Shown: piece by piece, positions 12,246-26,062 of the stretch
Numbering within the stretch: the stretch's first letter is position 1
Layout of the letters: each line of letters begins with the position of its first letter
Assembly: GCA_973895155.1 (NCBI GenBank)
Contig: OZ316895.1
Location: forward strand, 556,435-620,434
Source: Marsupella aquatica
Lineage: Eukaryota > Plantae > Marchantiophyta
Direction: 5' to 3'
DNA length: 64,000 nucleotides
Notes under the pieces: generated by a model
Database searches by the model: none
Seen by the model: the letters and a program-made list of their open reading frames with translations, nothing else
What the model was told of the DNA's origin: nothing
Translations under genes and position numbers: made by a program

Positions 12246-14080
12246 ATACCCCTTCGAAGACATCCATGTCTCACTTGCAAACTTAGTCAAGACACTAGAT
12301 GTGGACCATTTATTACTCATCCCACTATAGTGCACATGTGGACAGTTAGCTCATCACACTATCATGGCATTGGTATAATTATCTTTTCTCCATGTTTTCC
12401 TTTCCACTTTCAAAACTTACCTCTTTTGAGTTTGTCTTTCTCCGCTTTCATTGGACCTCTTAATATATGCTTGTTCGTCAGACAATGTACTTGACCTGTT
12501 TAATTGGTCCTTTTTGTAAATACACTTAACATACTTGCGTGGTATACTTACTAGAGAGCCATACATATAGAACGGGACTAATAAAATTGACACTCACTTG
12601 AATGTGTTTAATTATTGTACCTAAGCCGTAACTGTCCATTTTAAACTACTTAAATTTTCTCACCAGAAAAGGTGATCAGGTAGTGCATTTTACAGTCTAG
12701 TGAAGTGTACTGAAAGAATGAGAACAGAGTGACTGTCTTCTCGAAAAACCACCTCATGCGGTGGTCTAAATCTTGGCCAGAACTACACTCTCCAAATAAC
12801 CATTTTGGGGTCCAACCATCTAAGATTGGGATATTTACATCTCGGATTGGGAGACCATTTTAGAAGTGATCTCTTGATTTCATGTATACCCTCACTGTCA
12901 CTTGAATAATGTCATTGTGCAATCCCTGGCATATAGAAGGTTGTGACAAAATGTAGAAGCTAAGTCTTGGAAGTGAGCAATCATTTGTTGTGAGTCCCAT
13001 GTTTCCTGTAAAGCCCGTGTTACCTAGCTCAATCGTGGTTCCTATCCCTTCCAGAAAGTGTCCTTTTCTCAAACAGTATTTGTGTGAGTTTCCTTTTTGT
13101 CTCTATGTAAGGATCCCACTTGGAGGGACTCCACTCTAGTCATGCCCTAAGGAATTTTTCCATTGTACTTTTGAGGGCATTCTGGAGCATCATGCCCTGA
13201 TCAAGATCTGCATCACCTCTTTGGGAAGTAAGTTTCTCCCCCAGTTTCTACTCTAATTTTCCTAAACTAAGTTAGAAAAAATAAAAAAATTTCATGCCAC
13301 TATATGTAGTTCCAAAGCATTATAGTCAATAATAGCCCCTCAAAACTCCAGCTGAAGCTATTTAGGGGCATTCTATCCCATAATCCTCTCTAAATATGAC
13401 TAACTGTATACCTCTGAGTGTGCACCAATGCGACAAATCTTGTTCCGTTGCCAAATATAGACGGACAGAAAATTCGGAACATATCACCTTTGCTACAAAG
13501 AATGCATGGCTATAACTAGTGGCAGAAGTGATGACTATTTTGCATGTGTGGCGATGATTAATGAGATCCAGAACCGAGGTCAATACTTGGCCTTGTGCCT
13601 GATGGGGTTTGGGACAAAAGGGTTCCCAGGTCTATTGAGGTCTATTAAGTGTAGGGGACGACTAGGCTGCCTGTTGTGTAGTGTAGCTGACCTCGATTGT
13701 CAATAATTTGTTGCTCAGATAACAAGTGTCCACAAGTCAAGATCCAACTCAATTAAACTAAGAATGGCGAAAAGCTGTCCAAAACGTTGTCCTTGTCAAG
13801 ACAGGAGTGGGTCCATGTGTAGCAGAGGCCTGCCATGTAGCAAAATCAAATTAAAGATATCTAACAAGTTGGCCCCTTCTGCATCTTTGGGGACTTGCTG
13901 GACAACAAAGATCCGCTCAAGACTTGACCAGGCCAGACTTGACCAGGCTCGTGGGATGGTGGGCCATTTTAAATTCATGAAAATAATGCAGTAATTAACT
14001 CCACAGCAGACCTTGTCTGGTCCACCTCGCTACACACATCGCGCCACCCCTTGACTCCTGGCACTACAAAATATAGAGGA

Positions 14081-14640
14081 CTAGCTCAATACTCGTGCGT
14101 TGCACAAAAGATGTCGTGTCGGCCAAGATGTCCTTAAGACAAAAGATGTCGTGTCCGGGGTCGTGTCGGCCCAAGATACCGTTAAGAAAATAGAGGTCGT
14201 GTCCAGGGTCGTGTTGCCAATGATGTTGTTATGTAAAAGGGATGTCATTAAAAAAAGAAGTTGTGTCGCCAAAGAGGTCTTTATGTAAACGATGTCATCA
14301 AGTAAGAAGATGTCATTAAAACAAAGAAGTTGTGTCACCAAAGAACTTGTTATGTGACAGATATCGTTAAGAAGATGTCAAGTAAAAATATGTCGTTAAA
14401 AAGAGTCGGGCAGGGGAGAAGGGAAGAGGGGGAGAGTGGGGCGAGGCAGGGCTGCCCCGGGTAATTGGGTTGGGGAAGGAGGGTGGTGGGAGGTTGACCG
14501 CAAGAATGCGGCAGTCTACAGTTGGCATGCGGAGCAAGGTGGTAGGGTGGTCGCCCCACTCGTAGTAGAGGCTGGCCGCACAACATTTTACTTGCCTCCG
14601 CTCGGTGCTTTTGCCGCAATCAGATGGAAGTTGACCTCAG
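14081..14640 (-). mobile_element. probable non-autonomous Helitron 3' end with internal degenerate repeats (5' boundary undefined)
   Basis: Minus strand reads GTGCAACGCACGAGTATTGAG-CTAG-T, i.e. a subterminal hairpin plus CTAG before a T; degenerate AAGATGTCGT repeats at 14108-14400. Confidence 0.6.
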
Positions 14641-17020
14641 GAGCTGGTGTGAGGGCCATTTTTGGTCTCTATTGCTTTGGTTTTTTTCCATACTGAATTT
14701 CTTACACCCAAATTGGCCCTGTAAATTCAAATGACGACCATGGCAAAAAAAGGCACAACACCTTATTATAGTTTTTGATGTTGTCAAATGTGGTTGTCCC
14801 TTTATATATGTGTCCCAAAACCCTGTCACCCCAGCCAAGAGTGGTTTGGCCCCCAACACCTTGTTATCTCATCCAAATGTATATATTGAATTTTGCCAAG
14901 TATATTTTTTTTTATAAAATGATTTCATTCATATGAGTACCACGGTGAATGAGTGTATACACTTTCCTTGCATTGCATGCACATCAGGTGTACATTGAGG
15001 CAGGGTCAATACAAATAAGACAATGGCCTGGGAGGGATTAGATAAAAGAGTGTATTTTTTAATACTATGATGGCATCAAAAGGAAGTACTTTACCTGCTA
15101 AAGTGATGAGGAATATCAAGAAGTATTCTGCTCCCTTCATATTTTGCTGTGGGTTTATTTTTATTTGTTCTCTTAGCTTTGCTTTGCATATTTGATTTCT
15201 TTCACTTGGCTTGGAAATGTAAATTTTGAATGACCGACCACTTCAAAAAGTGGCGCAAGTGTGTATTATAGGAGTTAATTTGTAATTGACATAGATTATC
15301 ATGGGGGTACTTGATATGAATGTCTAGGTATGGAAAGTACTATGTCTATGCATGGATGGTTTCCTATGCATTGATAGTATTATACTTATATGTCCAAAAA
15401 ATACTTGATTATTGTGCATTGGTATTCCTGGCATTCCCTTTATTTCTTGATTGGAAAACGTGCACGCTTTACTTCACACTAAACATTATTCAATTTTGGT
15501 TTATTCCTTCTGTTTGTCAGATTCTTTGATTTTTGTGCCCTTCAAATTCAAATGACGACCACTGCATAAAAAGGCGCAACCTTGTATTATAGTTCTTGAT
15601 GTTATTTGTTTTGATGAAACCTCAATCTTTTAGTGAATGATGAAAACTATATTGGAGCTTAAAATTGTGTGGTGAGATACCTGGAGGTCAAGTTACCTAC
15701 CAACAAAGTTTAGACCTTTTTTGACATCTTCAATGCTCAATATTACCGAGAATATTACACTTAATATAAATTAATAAATCTCATTGTACATCTGACCACT
15801 TTTCTTAAGTCATTGGTTTGCAAAAGCATAATACTTTGACAATTCACTTGGAATGTGTTCACTGACTTATTAAAAAAAGCTGCCTAACTTAGTTTGCTCT
15901 AGGTACCTAAAGAAATGCAAGTATAAAGTGCTACAACATGTAATTCTATACTTTCATTCATTTGACTTAATTCTTATTAGGCAGTCTCAAAGCTAGCTTT
16001 TTAGTCACAGATAATGGCTTTTGGCTTTGGGTTGTGCAAGTTTTTTTCTTTCTAATTTTACACTAGCCTCTACAATGACAGAATTGACAACAGTGCCAAA
16101 ATGCTCTCCTTTCAAATTTGCATGCAGACTACCGATAGTTTTGGTGAGATTGCACATTTATAGTAGTTAACATACATCAATTCATTAATTTGGGAATTTA
16201 GTTTCAATTCATATCTTGCTCAGCTGTGATGGGCACGTAGACTTCGTGGAGGTCTTGAACCCCTTCCGAAAGCTATTATATGAACTATGATGTTTTGTGA
16301 TTTCCTTCCTGTGCTTTTTGGAGAATGGGCTTTTGTTGACGAGACTTTGGTAGTTTCCTACCTTAATTTACTAGGACCCACCTAACTTGCGTGCTCAGCC
16401 TGTTAGTTTCTCTGGAAGCTTTCCTCTGGACCTTCCTACCCACTTTTCATTCGAGCTGATTTATGAGTCCTTTCGGACACTGGCATCGCTAGCTGCCGGC
16501 CAGGGCGGCCTGATTTGATGAAACACACAAAGCGAGGAACTCGAGCTACCATGTGAGAATTTGAGTCTTACCATTTTTGTTTGCCTCTTCAGAGTTTCCA
16601 TGATTGAGGACCTGCCTGTGATTAGCAAAACTGAGTGTCCATTTGATCAAATTGTACCATCGATGCTGGAGACTGACCTCAATTGAAACCAAATGGACTT
16701 TGTTTGTCTCAGTTCTTTGGAGCACTAATACCCTCCACCCGAGTTTATGAAATAATGGGAAAGGCACCCTGGGCCACCACAAGTTTGAAGGTACGCGATC
16801 TGAAGTCGGATCGATGTCTTAGGATTACTTACCATTGCCAAGGACCTTGCTCTATTGACACTCATTTTGTATTGAATGCCAAGAAAATCTCAGTCAGTAC
16901 ATTTCAGATTTTATAAAATCCTATATTATCTCGTATATTATATGACAGTCTACATCATCATTTGATGTCTACATTCTAATAGTTTTTCTAGCATGACCGT
17001 GCATTGTCAATAATGCCATG

Positions 17021-20000
17021 CTATCGCCCAGTTAAGGAACTCATTTGAAGAATACCTTTAGGACGTTTTGTGCCACTGATGCTGCTAGAGGAAGATTCAA
17101 AACCTAAGTCAAGCAAGAAAAAATCAGTAGATTCGTCTTCAACGACTGTTTGGAGAACAGAATTCTCCTGGATTTGGTCGTCAGTGGTTCCAAAGAGGTG
17201 CTTAAAGTGAGACCCTGTATCCTCAGATTCTTTCAGGGAGGCTTCCACATCCGTATTTCCCATAAGCATGAACACTACTTGAGACATTGAAGGGCGCCTT
17301 TCTGGATCATTTTGCACGCATAGAAGACCAACCCTGAGTGCCCGAACGACTTCAACTACACAGTTGTCTCTTAACGCAGGTTCCAAGACATCAAGCAGCA
17401 ACCCTTTTCTGTGCATTTTATCAACCTGTAGAGAAATCAGAGACCATTGCAGACAATATGAAAGTCAGCAAGGCTTTTGTTTGAAATCAAGTGGAAAAAT
17501 GTGTTGGACCACATAACAAACTATGCAACGTACATCAGAAGGAGATAAACAAAAAACAAGTGATTAACATAACTGATCCTAAGGAGCAACGAATTGCACC
17601 TATCATCAGAAGGTGCAATCCTCAATTGTTACAAATTGCACCTATTCTTCCACTCATATTGGAACTAGTAGAACTTCGTACTTGTGTACTTTTTTCCTGA
17701 TGTTTGAATACAAATCTTGGCATTTGACCAGAAGTTTTGCAAGAGCATACCCAATCTTTAAGAAATACTTCTTCTGTAGGAAGCGTGTAGTCAATACACT
17801 TTCTTCCGCATACAATCTCTAAAACCACAATCCCGTAGCTGTAGACATCAGCTTTGTCAGAAAGTTGGCCAAGCGTAGCATACTCTGGAGAAAAGTAGCC
17901 TCTGCAACAAAATGCAGCCAATTTAATTACACAAAAGTAACACCTTAGAAAAAATTGAATAACACTCAACACTATTATGACTGAAGAACCCTCCAAAATA
18001 TTGCCAAGAATACGATCAGCACAAAAGCTAAACACAACATTCTGAACTCCATATCCAGGTACAAGACAAGTAGTGGAGCTCAAACTAAGCAAACTGCGAC
18101 GAAGGAAAAGTGGTACTTGCTTGAAGTATAGATGTTAGGGCAACGTACAATGTTCCGGCAACTTTTGTGTATAAAGAATCCCTTGATTCCTCTGATAAAT
18201 GCCTTGCTAGACCAAAGTCACCTATTTTAGGTTTGAAGTTCTTATCCAGAAGAATGTTCTCTGGTTTGATGTCCCTGTGTATGATAGATGGTTGCAACTC
18301 CTCATGAAGGTAGGAAAGGCCACGCGCAACTCCCACGCAAATCTGAAAGCGTTGTGCCCAATCCAAACTCCCGTGAGGCTGAGATCCTGCACATGTCATA
18401 TGAATGGTAACTGTGAAGAAAACAGTACACGTTACGTACTTATGATTCCATGTACAAAAGCTATTGAAGATATGTGAACAATTCATTCATTATTATATAA
18501 CGCACTTTCAGTTAGTACATTCTTGTTTCCATACTCGTATATATGTTCTCTGTGCAAACGCATTTTAACCAACGATCATGCGGACAACCTACAGAATGAG
18601 CGATACTAAGTTTAGTGGTAGGGACACAGAATGAGTGATACTAAGTTGAGTGGTAGGGACGGTCAAACTGTACCCCACAACGCTTGGGCCAAGTTCCCAT
18701 TCTCAACATATTCAAACACCAGCATGCGTTGTTGCTCCCTGATACAACAGCCTTTCAGATGAACCAAGTTTCTATGCTTGATGCCTGTAATCAGCACGAC
18801 CTCGTTCAAGAACTCATTCAAGACTTGTACTTTTTGAGAATTGAACAACCTCTTCACTGCGAGAGCAGTCTTGTCTGGTAGAACCCCCTGCTCATTATGT
18901 ACAAAGCCAATAGGCAAACTCAATAGAATTAGCTTCCAATGATCAAACTTGTTTGAAAACGTGAATTAAAGAGAATTGAAATGTTAAATTTGAACTAATA
19001 ACTAAGTACAGTAGATTTTTTCTGATGGACATTGAGTGTAGTTGCCTATTGGTAGCCTGTTCCCAATGAATGGGTAAGTCCAGAGAGTTCAATTGCCACT
19101 ATTTAAGTTGAGTTAAGAAAACATATGAGGAAAGTGAGAACCTATGAACACCATGTCAATATTTCACCAAGCAAAGTCTAGCTAAAAATTAAAGGTGCGT
19201 CCTTCAAATTGAAAGAAATGAAGAGCTTACCATATATACGTCGCCGAAGCCACCATGCCCAAGTTTGTTGTCTTTGTGAAAATCTCTTGTTGCTGATTTA
19301 AGGTCACTATATTTGAAAAATGGAGGTTTCACTTTTTGGTCAGCCAGAGCTGCAGAAAGCAAATCAACAGGTTGTGAAAATCTCTTTGATTGATAATGAC
19401 ATTAAGCTTTCCCACCAATCATTATGGCATTAGTACCATCAAATAAAGGTTAACACCACAAAACGTCTACTGACATCTTGGAGTAACAAACCATATCGTA
19501 TTGCAATTAGTGTCTCTCGTGTTATAAAACTCACAAAACTCAAACTAACCTTCCTGTATTTCCCGGAGGGCATACACTTGCTTCCAGAATTTCCACATCG
19601 TTGCGAGAGTAATAATGGAGAGTAGAAATGCAACAACCCCAAGACATATGCCAATAATCATGATGTCGTTGTTGTGGTTACTTCTTGCTGTACAATTTTC
19701 AAGAACGAACAATCATATCAAAATAGAGAGCAACAATCATATAAAAATACAGAACAAAAAGTGTAAAAAAGATTTGGCAACATGCCTCCTAGCAATTAAT
19801 CCAGACAACATTCCGTATTCCCAATATCTGTCCTAGCACTTGGCCATGACGTTTAGAAGTGCCAATGGATGCAAAAGAGAATGAAGTCCAGCATTCTTAC
19901 GCCTAGAATAGTCTTCAGTAGTTGTGGATCTGCAAAGAAATCTTTGTATGTCTGATTTTGCCCCGTAGCAGTAGGGGTTCCCACCGAGCCTAAGGAATTG

Positions 20001-23000
20001 CAGAACCACAGCAGCAATCGTGAGTGGAACTTGGCTTATACAACATACATTGAAATCTCAAACCGCTGGCTTTTGGATGAATTGAAATACTCCCAAACGC
20101 TCCATATCCCCGCAGTCAATTCTAATGTTTAGATTCACGCCATTCAAAACAGAATCAACTTTGAAGTAAACAGATCTGGCCGTCTGGGTTCAAGCAGAGT
20201 AATGCCAATAATTGTGGGCCAGTACGTGGTGTCATGAAGCATCCGTTCGTTGTACAGTCTATGAGATATGCTATTTGTCAACGAGTTTGAAAGCCGACTG
20301 GAATGGTTAGTACTAGTAATGAAAGCTCTGGAGCCTAGTGTATAATCTCCTGACGCGATCTTTGATAATTAGTTTTTCAAACTGAATAATGTTTTCTATA
20401 TACGGGCCAGTAATGATTATTGCATGATTACTCTCCCGAGGCCAATCATTCCATGGAAGCCGGTGTAATAGTTTCAAATTCATACTTACAGGATGGTTCT
20501 GTTCACATTGATTTTTTGATCTCGCAAGCTTTGGATTGTAGGCTCGAGAGCATCTGCGTTTGGTATAATATCCGAAATTCTGTTATTAACAAACGAGAAT
20601 AATTTCTTGCTGGTCTGAGAGCCGTTCTTTTTGAGCGCGTCCAACCATACGCTCAAATCCAGTGTCCCTTGGATGGCATTTCCCTCAAAATTTCTGCGCA
20701 CACACAGATCATTTAAAAACCCATTTCTCTGCACACATACCCAAGAATTTACCAAGAAATGAAATAAATCTCTCAGCAAGTCCCCGTAGAGCAGTTAGCT
20801 GGCCAACTATAGCTCGGTCGTGCATGTTCGCGCTTCGTTCTGAAGGGCTCTGAAAACTTCAAATACATTAATCCGCTCCAATCCAAGTCATGGAAGCTTC
20901 ACACTCAATTTAAAGCAGATGTCCTAGCGGTTGTTCATGGGATTTGTGGACACGAGGTCGATTGCCAATTGGAGGGTACTGTCAATCAATTCATTCCTTC
21001 TGGAAAAAATCATAAGAGTGTATGTGTAAACATTTACATTCTAATATACAGCTGTCAACCTTGGAAACGTTTTTAGCTGCATTCAAATACATTACCTACA
21101 CCCTGTATCCTGACTTTGTAAATCTTACGAACATTTCAGACGACCTCAGGTTAGTGAGTGATACTTACGCAAAGGTGAGATTTGAAAGAGTAGCTGAGAA
21201 ATACAAGGCACTGGAAAAGGTCCCGGTCAGACTGTTGTTGGAAACGTCTCTGCAAATTCAGACAAGAACCATGTCTAAAGAAGTTAGATCTGTAAAAATG
21301 TCCGCGATCAATCTCCTTGCCATTATCTGAGCATCTACTGAATGAAAAGAAGTTCCAGGAGGTTGACATTTTCTACACATTGTGAATAGGGAATCTAGCA
21401 TAAATGTTCATCACCCAGAAATGAAACAGATTGGCATTCGTCACTTGTTCTATTACGGAGGCACGTTCCTAAAACCAACGATCTACGGACTTCATCAAAA
21501 CCAAAAGCGTTATTTTATTCCACTACAGTAGACAGCTAAATGAATTACGCTTCAAAGTACGAACCGGTGCAGAGAATGTGCAATAAGACTGGAGAAAATA
21601 ACAGCTGTACGTTACTTCTAGCTCTGACTACGGTCAACGTGAAGGAGGCTGTTGTACAGAAAAATCATAGCAGTCCGTGTCCATCGGAAGCGCTAGCCAC
21701 TCACAGTTCTCGTAAAGAGTTGGAATTTATCTCAACCAACGGATCCAAGGAAGAGATGTCGCCCACGAGATTGTTATGAGACAAGTCCAAGACAGCCAAA
21801 GCATTGGTTGTGTTCTGCCACATGCTTGGAAGAGAGGACATTGCATTGTGACTGAGATTCCTGTCAAACAAGGGAAACATATTTTACCATCAAACTGGAA
21901 TTCCGTAACCGCTGTCATTGAACACAATTTATTGCCAGACGTCGGGGAGACCAGGTTCTAGGATTAATTGTCGATGGCTAAAGCATTATAGCTAAGTTAT
22001 TTGGAACGCCGAACATCATTTCTGTAAAGAGCCAGGTTTGCTGATGTAGGCATAATCTACCCAGCACTATGCATGATCATTAAAGTCGGTAATGATCACT
22101 TACAGTTCTTGCAATGTGTTGAAGAACGACACGTTTTCGAATGGGCTGAGCTCACCAGCAAGACGATTGTGAGACAAGTTCAAGGACACAAGATTGTTCA
22201 AGCCATCCCAGTCACTTGCGAGTGGGACGTTCTCGATCTTGTTGTTGGTGAAGTCCCTACAAGAAGGCGTACACAGTATGACTATGAAATAATATCTCGG
22301 CTCCGCTCACACCTTAATTGAGCGAGAACATAGACACTCGCATAGACATCGTCTCTGTGTGTTGAATCAACTCCAATTTAGTAAAACTGAGTAAACTTGT
22401 CACAATCGAAAATCTGTCGCACCAACACCTCCGAATTGGGCTATACTAGGCGAGAGATATTCACCTGTGTGGATGACCATGATATTAAGAGTCTGCAGCT
22501 ATGATTTTCTTTCGGGGTATTCCTATTAAAACTTTAGGAAACATGTCAGATTTGAGAAGATAGAAGTGCATACAATACTGTTAACGCTCCACCGGAGAAA
22601 TGATTGATGAGGAACTTAAACGCTGACAGATCCACTGTACTTCCTGTGATGTACCTGAGAATGACAGTACAACAAATTCACGAGGAGCTGAGTTTGCTTT
22701 CAGTAATTGCTTTTGATCCTAGATTTGGAAGAGTTGTGACATGTTTCAGCACAGCAATTGGCTAACCAGACTTATCAAGTATGTTAGTGATGCCAAGAAA
22801 TGCAAATACGGATTCTAGCTAGTAGACAGTAAGGTTACATGTGTCCAGACAACAAGAACAAGCACAATTTGAGGAGAACAGAACCTTGCAACAACGCATA
22901 TTTCACAAATCCAAGAGACAATGAGAATTGAGCGCGCATCCATAGAAAAGGAGGTTAGGACTTACATTTCTTGCAAACTATTTAGCTTGATGCCTGGTGA

Positions 23001-26000
23001 GTTTGCTGCATTATTTTGCAAGGTGGGAAAGTCTAGGCTTGGCATGTTCGAAAGCGTTCTACAGAGTAACATACAAATATATTAGTTTACTGAGTTTCAA
23101 ATCAGTGTAACAGGACTGAAACATAATTGAGAGACTTTGGATTCAACGAACGTGACAAGAGATTCGTATGGAAGTCCCACGAATTCTCTATCGTTGACTT
23201 CAATTGACCAATTCAGACACATCACTACGGGTTCGGAGGGCAGCTTACAAAGAGTTGACAGAATATGTGGTCCGCAAAAATCCCGGTTGCGCAGTACATT
23301 GGTCCGTCTTCCGAACACCACATGCTTTTGGAAGGGGTGCGGCAAAGCTGGTCGAGGAGTCACCGCAGGAAAGCCAGTCATGGGGAACGGGAGTACACGG
23401 ATCTCCTTGCCAGTCGTTCAGTGACAAGCTTTCCTTCAGAATAGTGATCGCGGCGTCTGCATACAATCGATATAAATTGAATCCGAGTCCTAAAGTGGCC
23501 AGTTTACATTATTACCTAGGTGAGCGCCAGGAAATCAGCTGGCCCCTTATTTTCTAACGCGAGGACAGGAAAGAAAAATTTCCCATATATATGATGACCT
23601 TCCGGTTGGAGGCTTGGACTTGCATCCGAAGTGGAAATCTTACCGTCTGTGGGAGTTGTCGTGGAGAAATTGAAGTTATACTGGGCAAACACCTCTACGG
23701 CGTTCATTGATGCCATTGAATCTGCGGCAGCTGCGGTCATTGAGATGTTCAGTGCATTCGACGATAGAATGAAATTCGAGATGACCGACATGCTTGCCTG
23801 TTTCGAGAGTGTGAGATCTGGGCCACGAATCCCGTCAAGCTCAACAACCATTGTCCCTCCTGCCGAATCTGGGTTTAGTTCCTCAGCATACACAACAACA
23901 TAAGCTATATCCGCGGGTGTAATGTATATCGGCGAAATGAAGAACAGAGGGAGCAGAATCCAGAACTGATAATCAACCCAGGCATCTTCCATGACTTTGG
24001 GCGGTACGTTGTTTGTCTCCGTTCTTGGAATAGGGTCCGGTGGAGTTGTGGTATTCCATATCGGAACATCATGGTACCAATTTGACTCAGGGGCTTGCCA
24101 CTCACGGTCGTATGAATCATCCGGGTACCTGATCGCATGACACCAAGTTAATTCTTCAGCAAATTAAACGATCTCACAATCGGTTTCAAACCACGCGGGA
24201 GCCAGTACGTACCAGTACTTCGTGGTGAGCTGAATTTCTCTGTGTCTGTGATTGTGCTACATCGAAGGGTATTGTGCCTAAAGAATAACCAAAAAATCAC
24301 GACCTTGATTGACAGTGGGAAATTCTCAAACTTAAGCAGGTGGCCGCCTGGAAGAATTGCAGTCACCTAGATTTCACAAACAACTGGAAGCGCGGTACAA
24401 AAGAGCTTATTGGGAGATGCCCAATCGGTCTATATATGGAGGAAATGTCAGACTATCACTAATAATCAATCGTGTGATACTATTCAAATTCAACTCATTA
24501 GTGTAAGGATGGGCAGTTTTGTGGAGCAGGGAGCATGGATTGGAGCAAAATCCTTCTCAACGGCTTGACCGCGACGACTAGATTAGCACGAATCTGGGAG
24601 ATCATGTAGTCATGAATGATCCCAGGTGACTTGAAATGGATCCTCCGTCTAGACCTACACTGGACTGAACTTCCTATCGAAGAAAACAAAAAGGATGATG
24701 GCCTGAATTTGAGCTTACCTTAGCAGCCCATTTGGAGTACTTGAGGGATCAGCACCAATGTTATATCTGACCAAGTTAGCAAGATACTGCCTGTCACCAC
24801 CTGGGTACGAGTACATGGAAGGGTCAAGTTCTCGCAGACTCAAGTACGAGATAAACGGTGTTCCAATCAGTGGTTGTAGGCAGATATACATGACGCTCCC
24901 TGGAGAGTAGAAGATGCCTTCATAGGACACTCTTGACACATTGGCCAACTGATCGTCCGACGCCATGTACGTCACAGTAAACACATTCGTAGCGTTGACG
25001 TAGACAACAAACTTGATGGGTAGAACCAGCGCGGACTGCAAATCGAACTCTGCGTGAACCAAATACGTTGTGTTCCTCTTTGTGGGCAGCTCATAACAAT
25101 ATTTGTTACGGCGCTCGGGAAAGAATCTGAAGGGTACAAGAGTAGTGCTGGAAATGTCCATACTGCTGTTCCCTGTCAAAATGAAGGTACTGTTGATATC
25201 CGAGGCAAAGTACAATCCGGTAAAAGGGTCCAGGAAGCCAGAACCGCCACAGGCTATATTCAAAAACCCTGCACGAACAATCAATGAAAGTGAGTGTGCA
25301 AATTAATCCCCAATTTTAATTTCATTTGGCGCCTGGTTTTGGGACATTGCAACGCCGGGATGGAAACACTAGGATACTCTGGCAAATTGCGAATTGCGTA
25401 CTAATAAATGCATTGACCGTAGCAACTATTGGTGCATGCATACTTCCCCTTGGGTATCTTCAGATCAGAATGAGCTAAGCGTATTTGGTCACTATTGGTA
25501 ATTTCAAATAGCTAGCGAAGTTCTGCTGTGACCACCTAAAAAACGCATGATATACAAATTAAGTCGCTTTGTCAGTGGCATCCTTCTTTAGATCGCGAGG
25601 ACCGCCATTGCGAAGGCCAGATACAGTGCATGACGAGAGCATCATTCTTCGATCATAACTGAAAAGCGTCGATTGTATACAAGACTTAAAACGGCATCGG
25701 CAGATTCATCAGATCTATGACGTACCGATTCAATTCGATCGGAGTTGCGAAATCTATTCTATATCAATATCTGTCCCACGATGTGTTTCGCAACTCGAAA
25801 GCTTGCACATCTCTGTTGGACAATTGAAATCCTGTTATGAAATTTTTCCTACTGTAACGAATACCAATTCGTCGGGCATAACTCGAAATGATGATTGAAT
25901 GCTCAAAACAAGTGACAAACCTGGAGTTTGCTGCTGCCCATAGGAAGTTGTCGTAAGAGTCATCCAAATTGTCAGGATGGGTAACAGACAGATCGTAGCA

Positions 26001-26062
26001 ATGCCTTGCATTCCGTATCCATGCATAGAGCAGTTCCTCTTTCCTTCCCACGATCCAGCCAT
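17021..26062 (-). CDS. malectin-like/LRR receptor-like kinase, copy 1 (multi-exon, apparently intact)
   Basis: GT-AG exons approximately: 26062-25921 (signal peptide), 25268-24719 and 24128-23644 (malectin-like), 23456-23249 (WQGDPC), 23059-22966, 22653-22575, 22256-22104, 21860-21705, 21249-21168, 20693-20490 (LRRs), 19989-19901 (LGGNPYC), 19687-19551 (TM), 19349-19232 (GHGGFG), 18887-18674 (AVK), 18385-18149 ([11 protein letters not shown]), 17900-17751 (SPEY, DVYSYG), 17426-17021. Confidence 0.9.
24719..25268 (-). CDS. RLK copy 1 exon 2: first malectin-like subdomain
   Basis: GFLNIACGG...[15 protein letters not shown]...YLVHAEF...[18 protein letters not shown] is typical of malectin-like domains. 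Confidence 0.9.

Noticed and set aside
14062-14071. CACTACAAAA, a possible CACTA terminus
   Set aside because: No matching TAGTG end with a 3-bp TSD found; the adjacent Helitron end explains the region better.
14108-14400. Repeat-spacer-like pattern resembling CRISPR
   Set aside because: Repeats are degenerate and irregular, there are no cas genes, and the context is eukaryotic; better explained as TE internal repeats.
22330-22500. Possible additional RLK exon conserved in three copies
   Set aside because: No splice phase gave a stop-free reading that I could confirm across copies; left as conserved intron pending cDNA.
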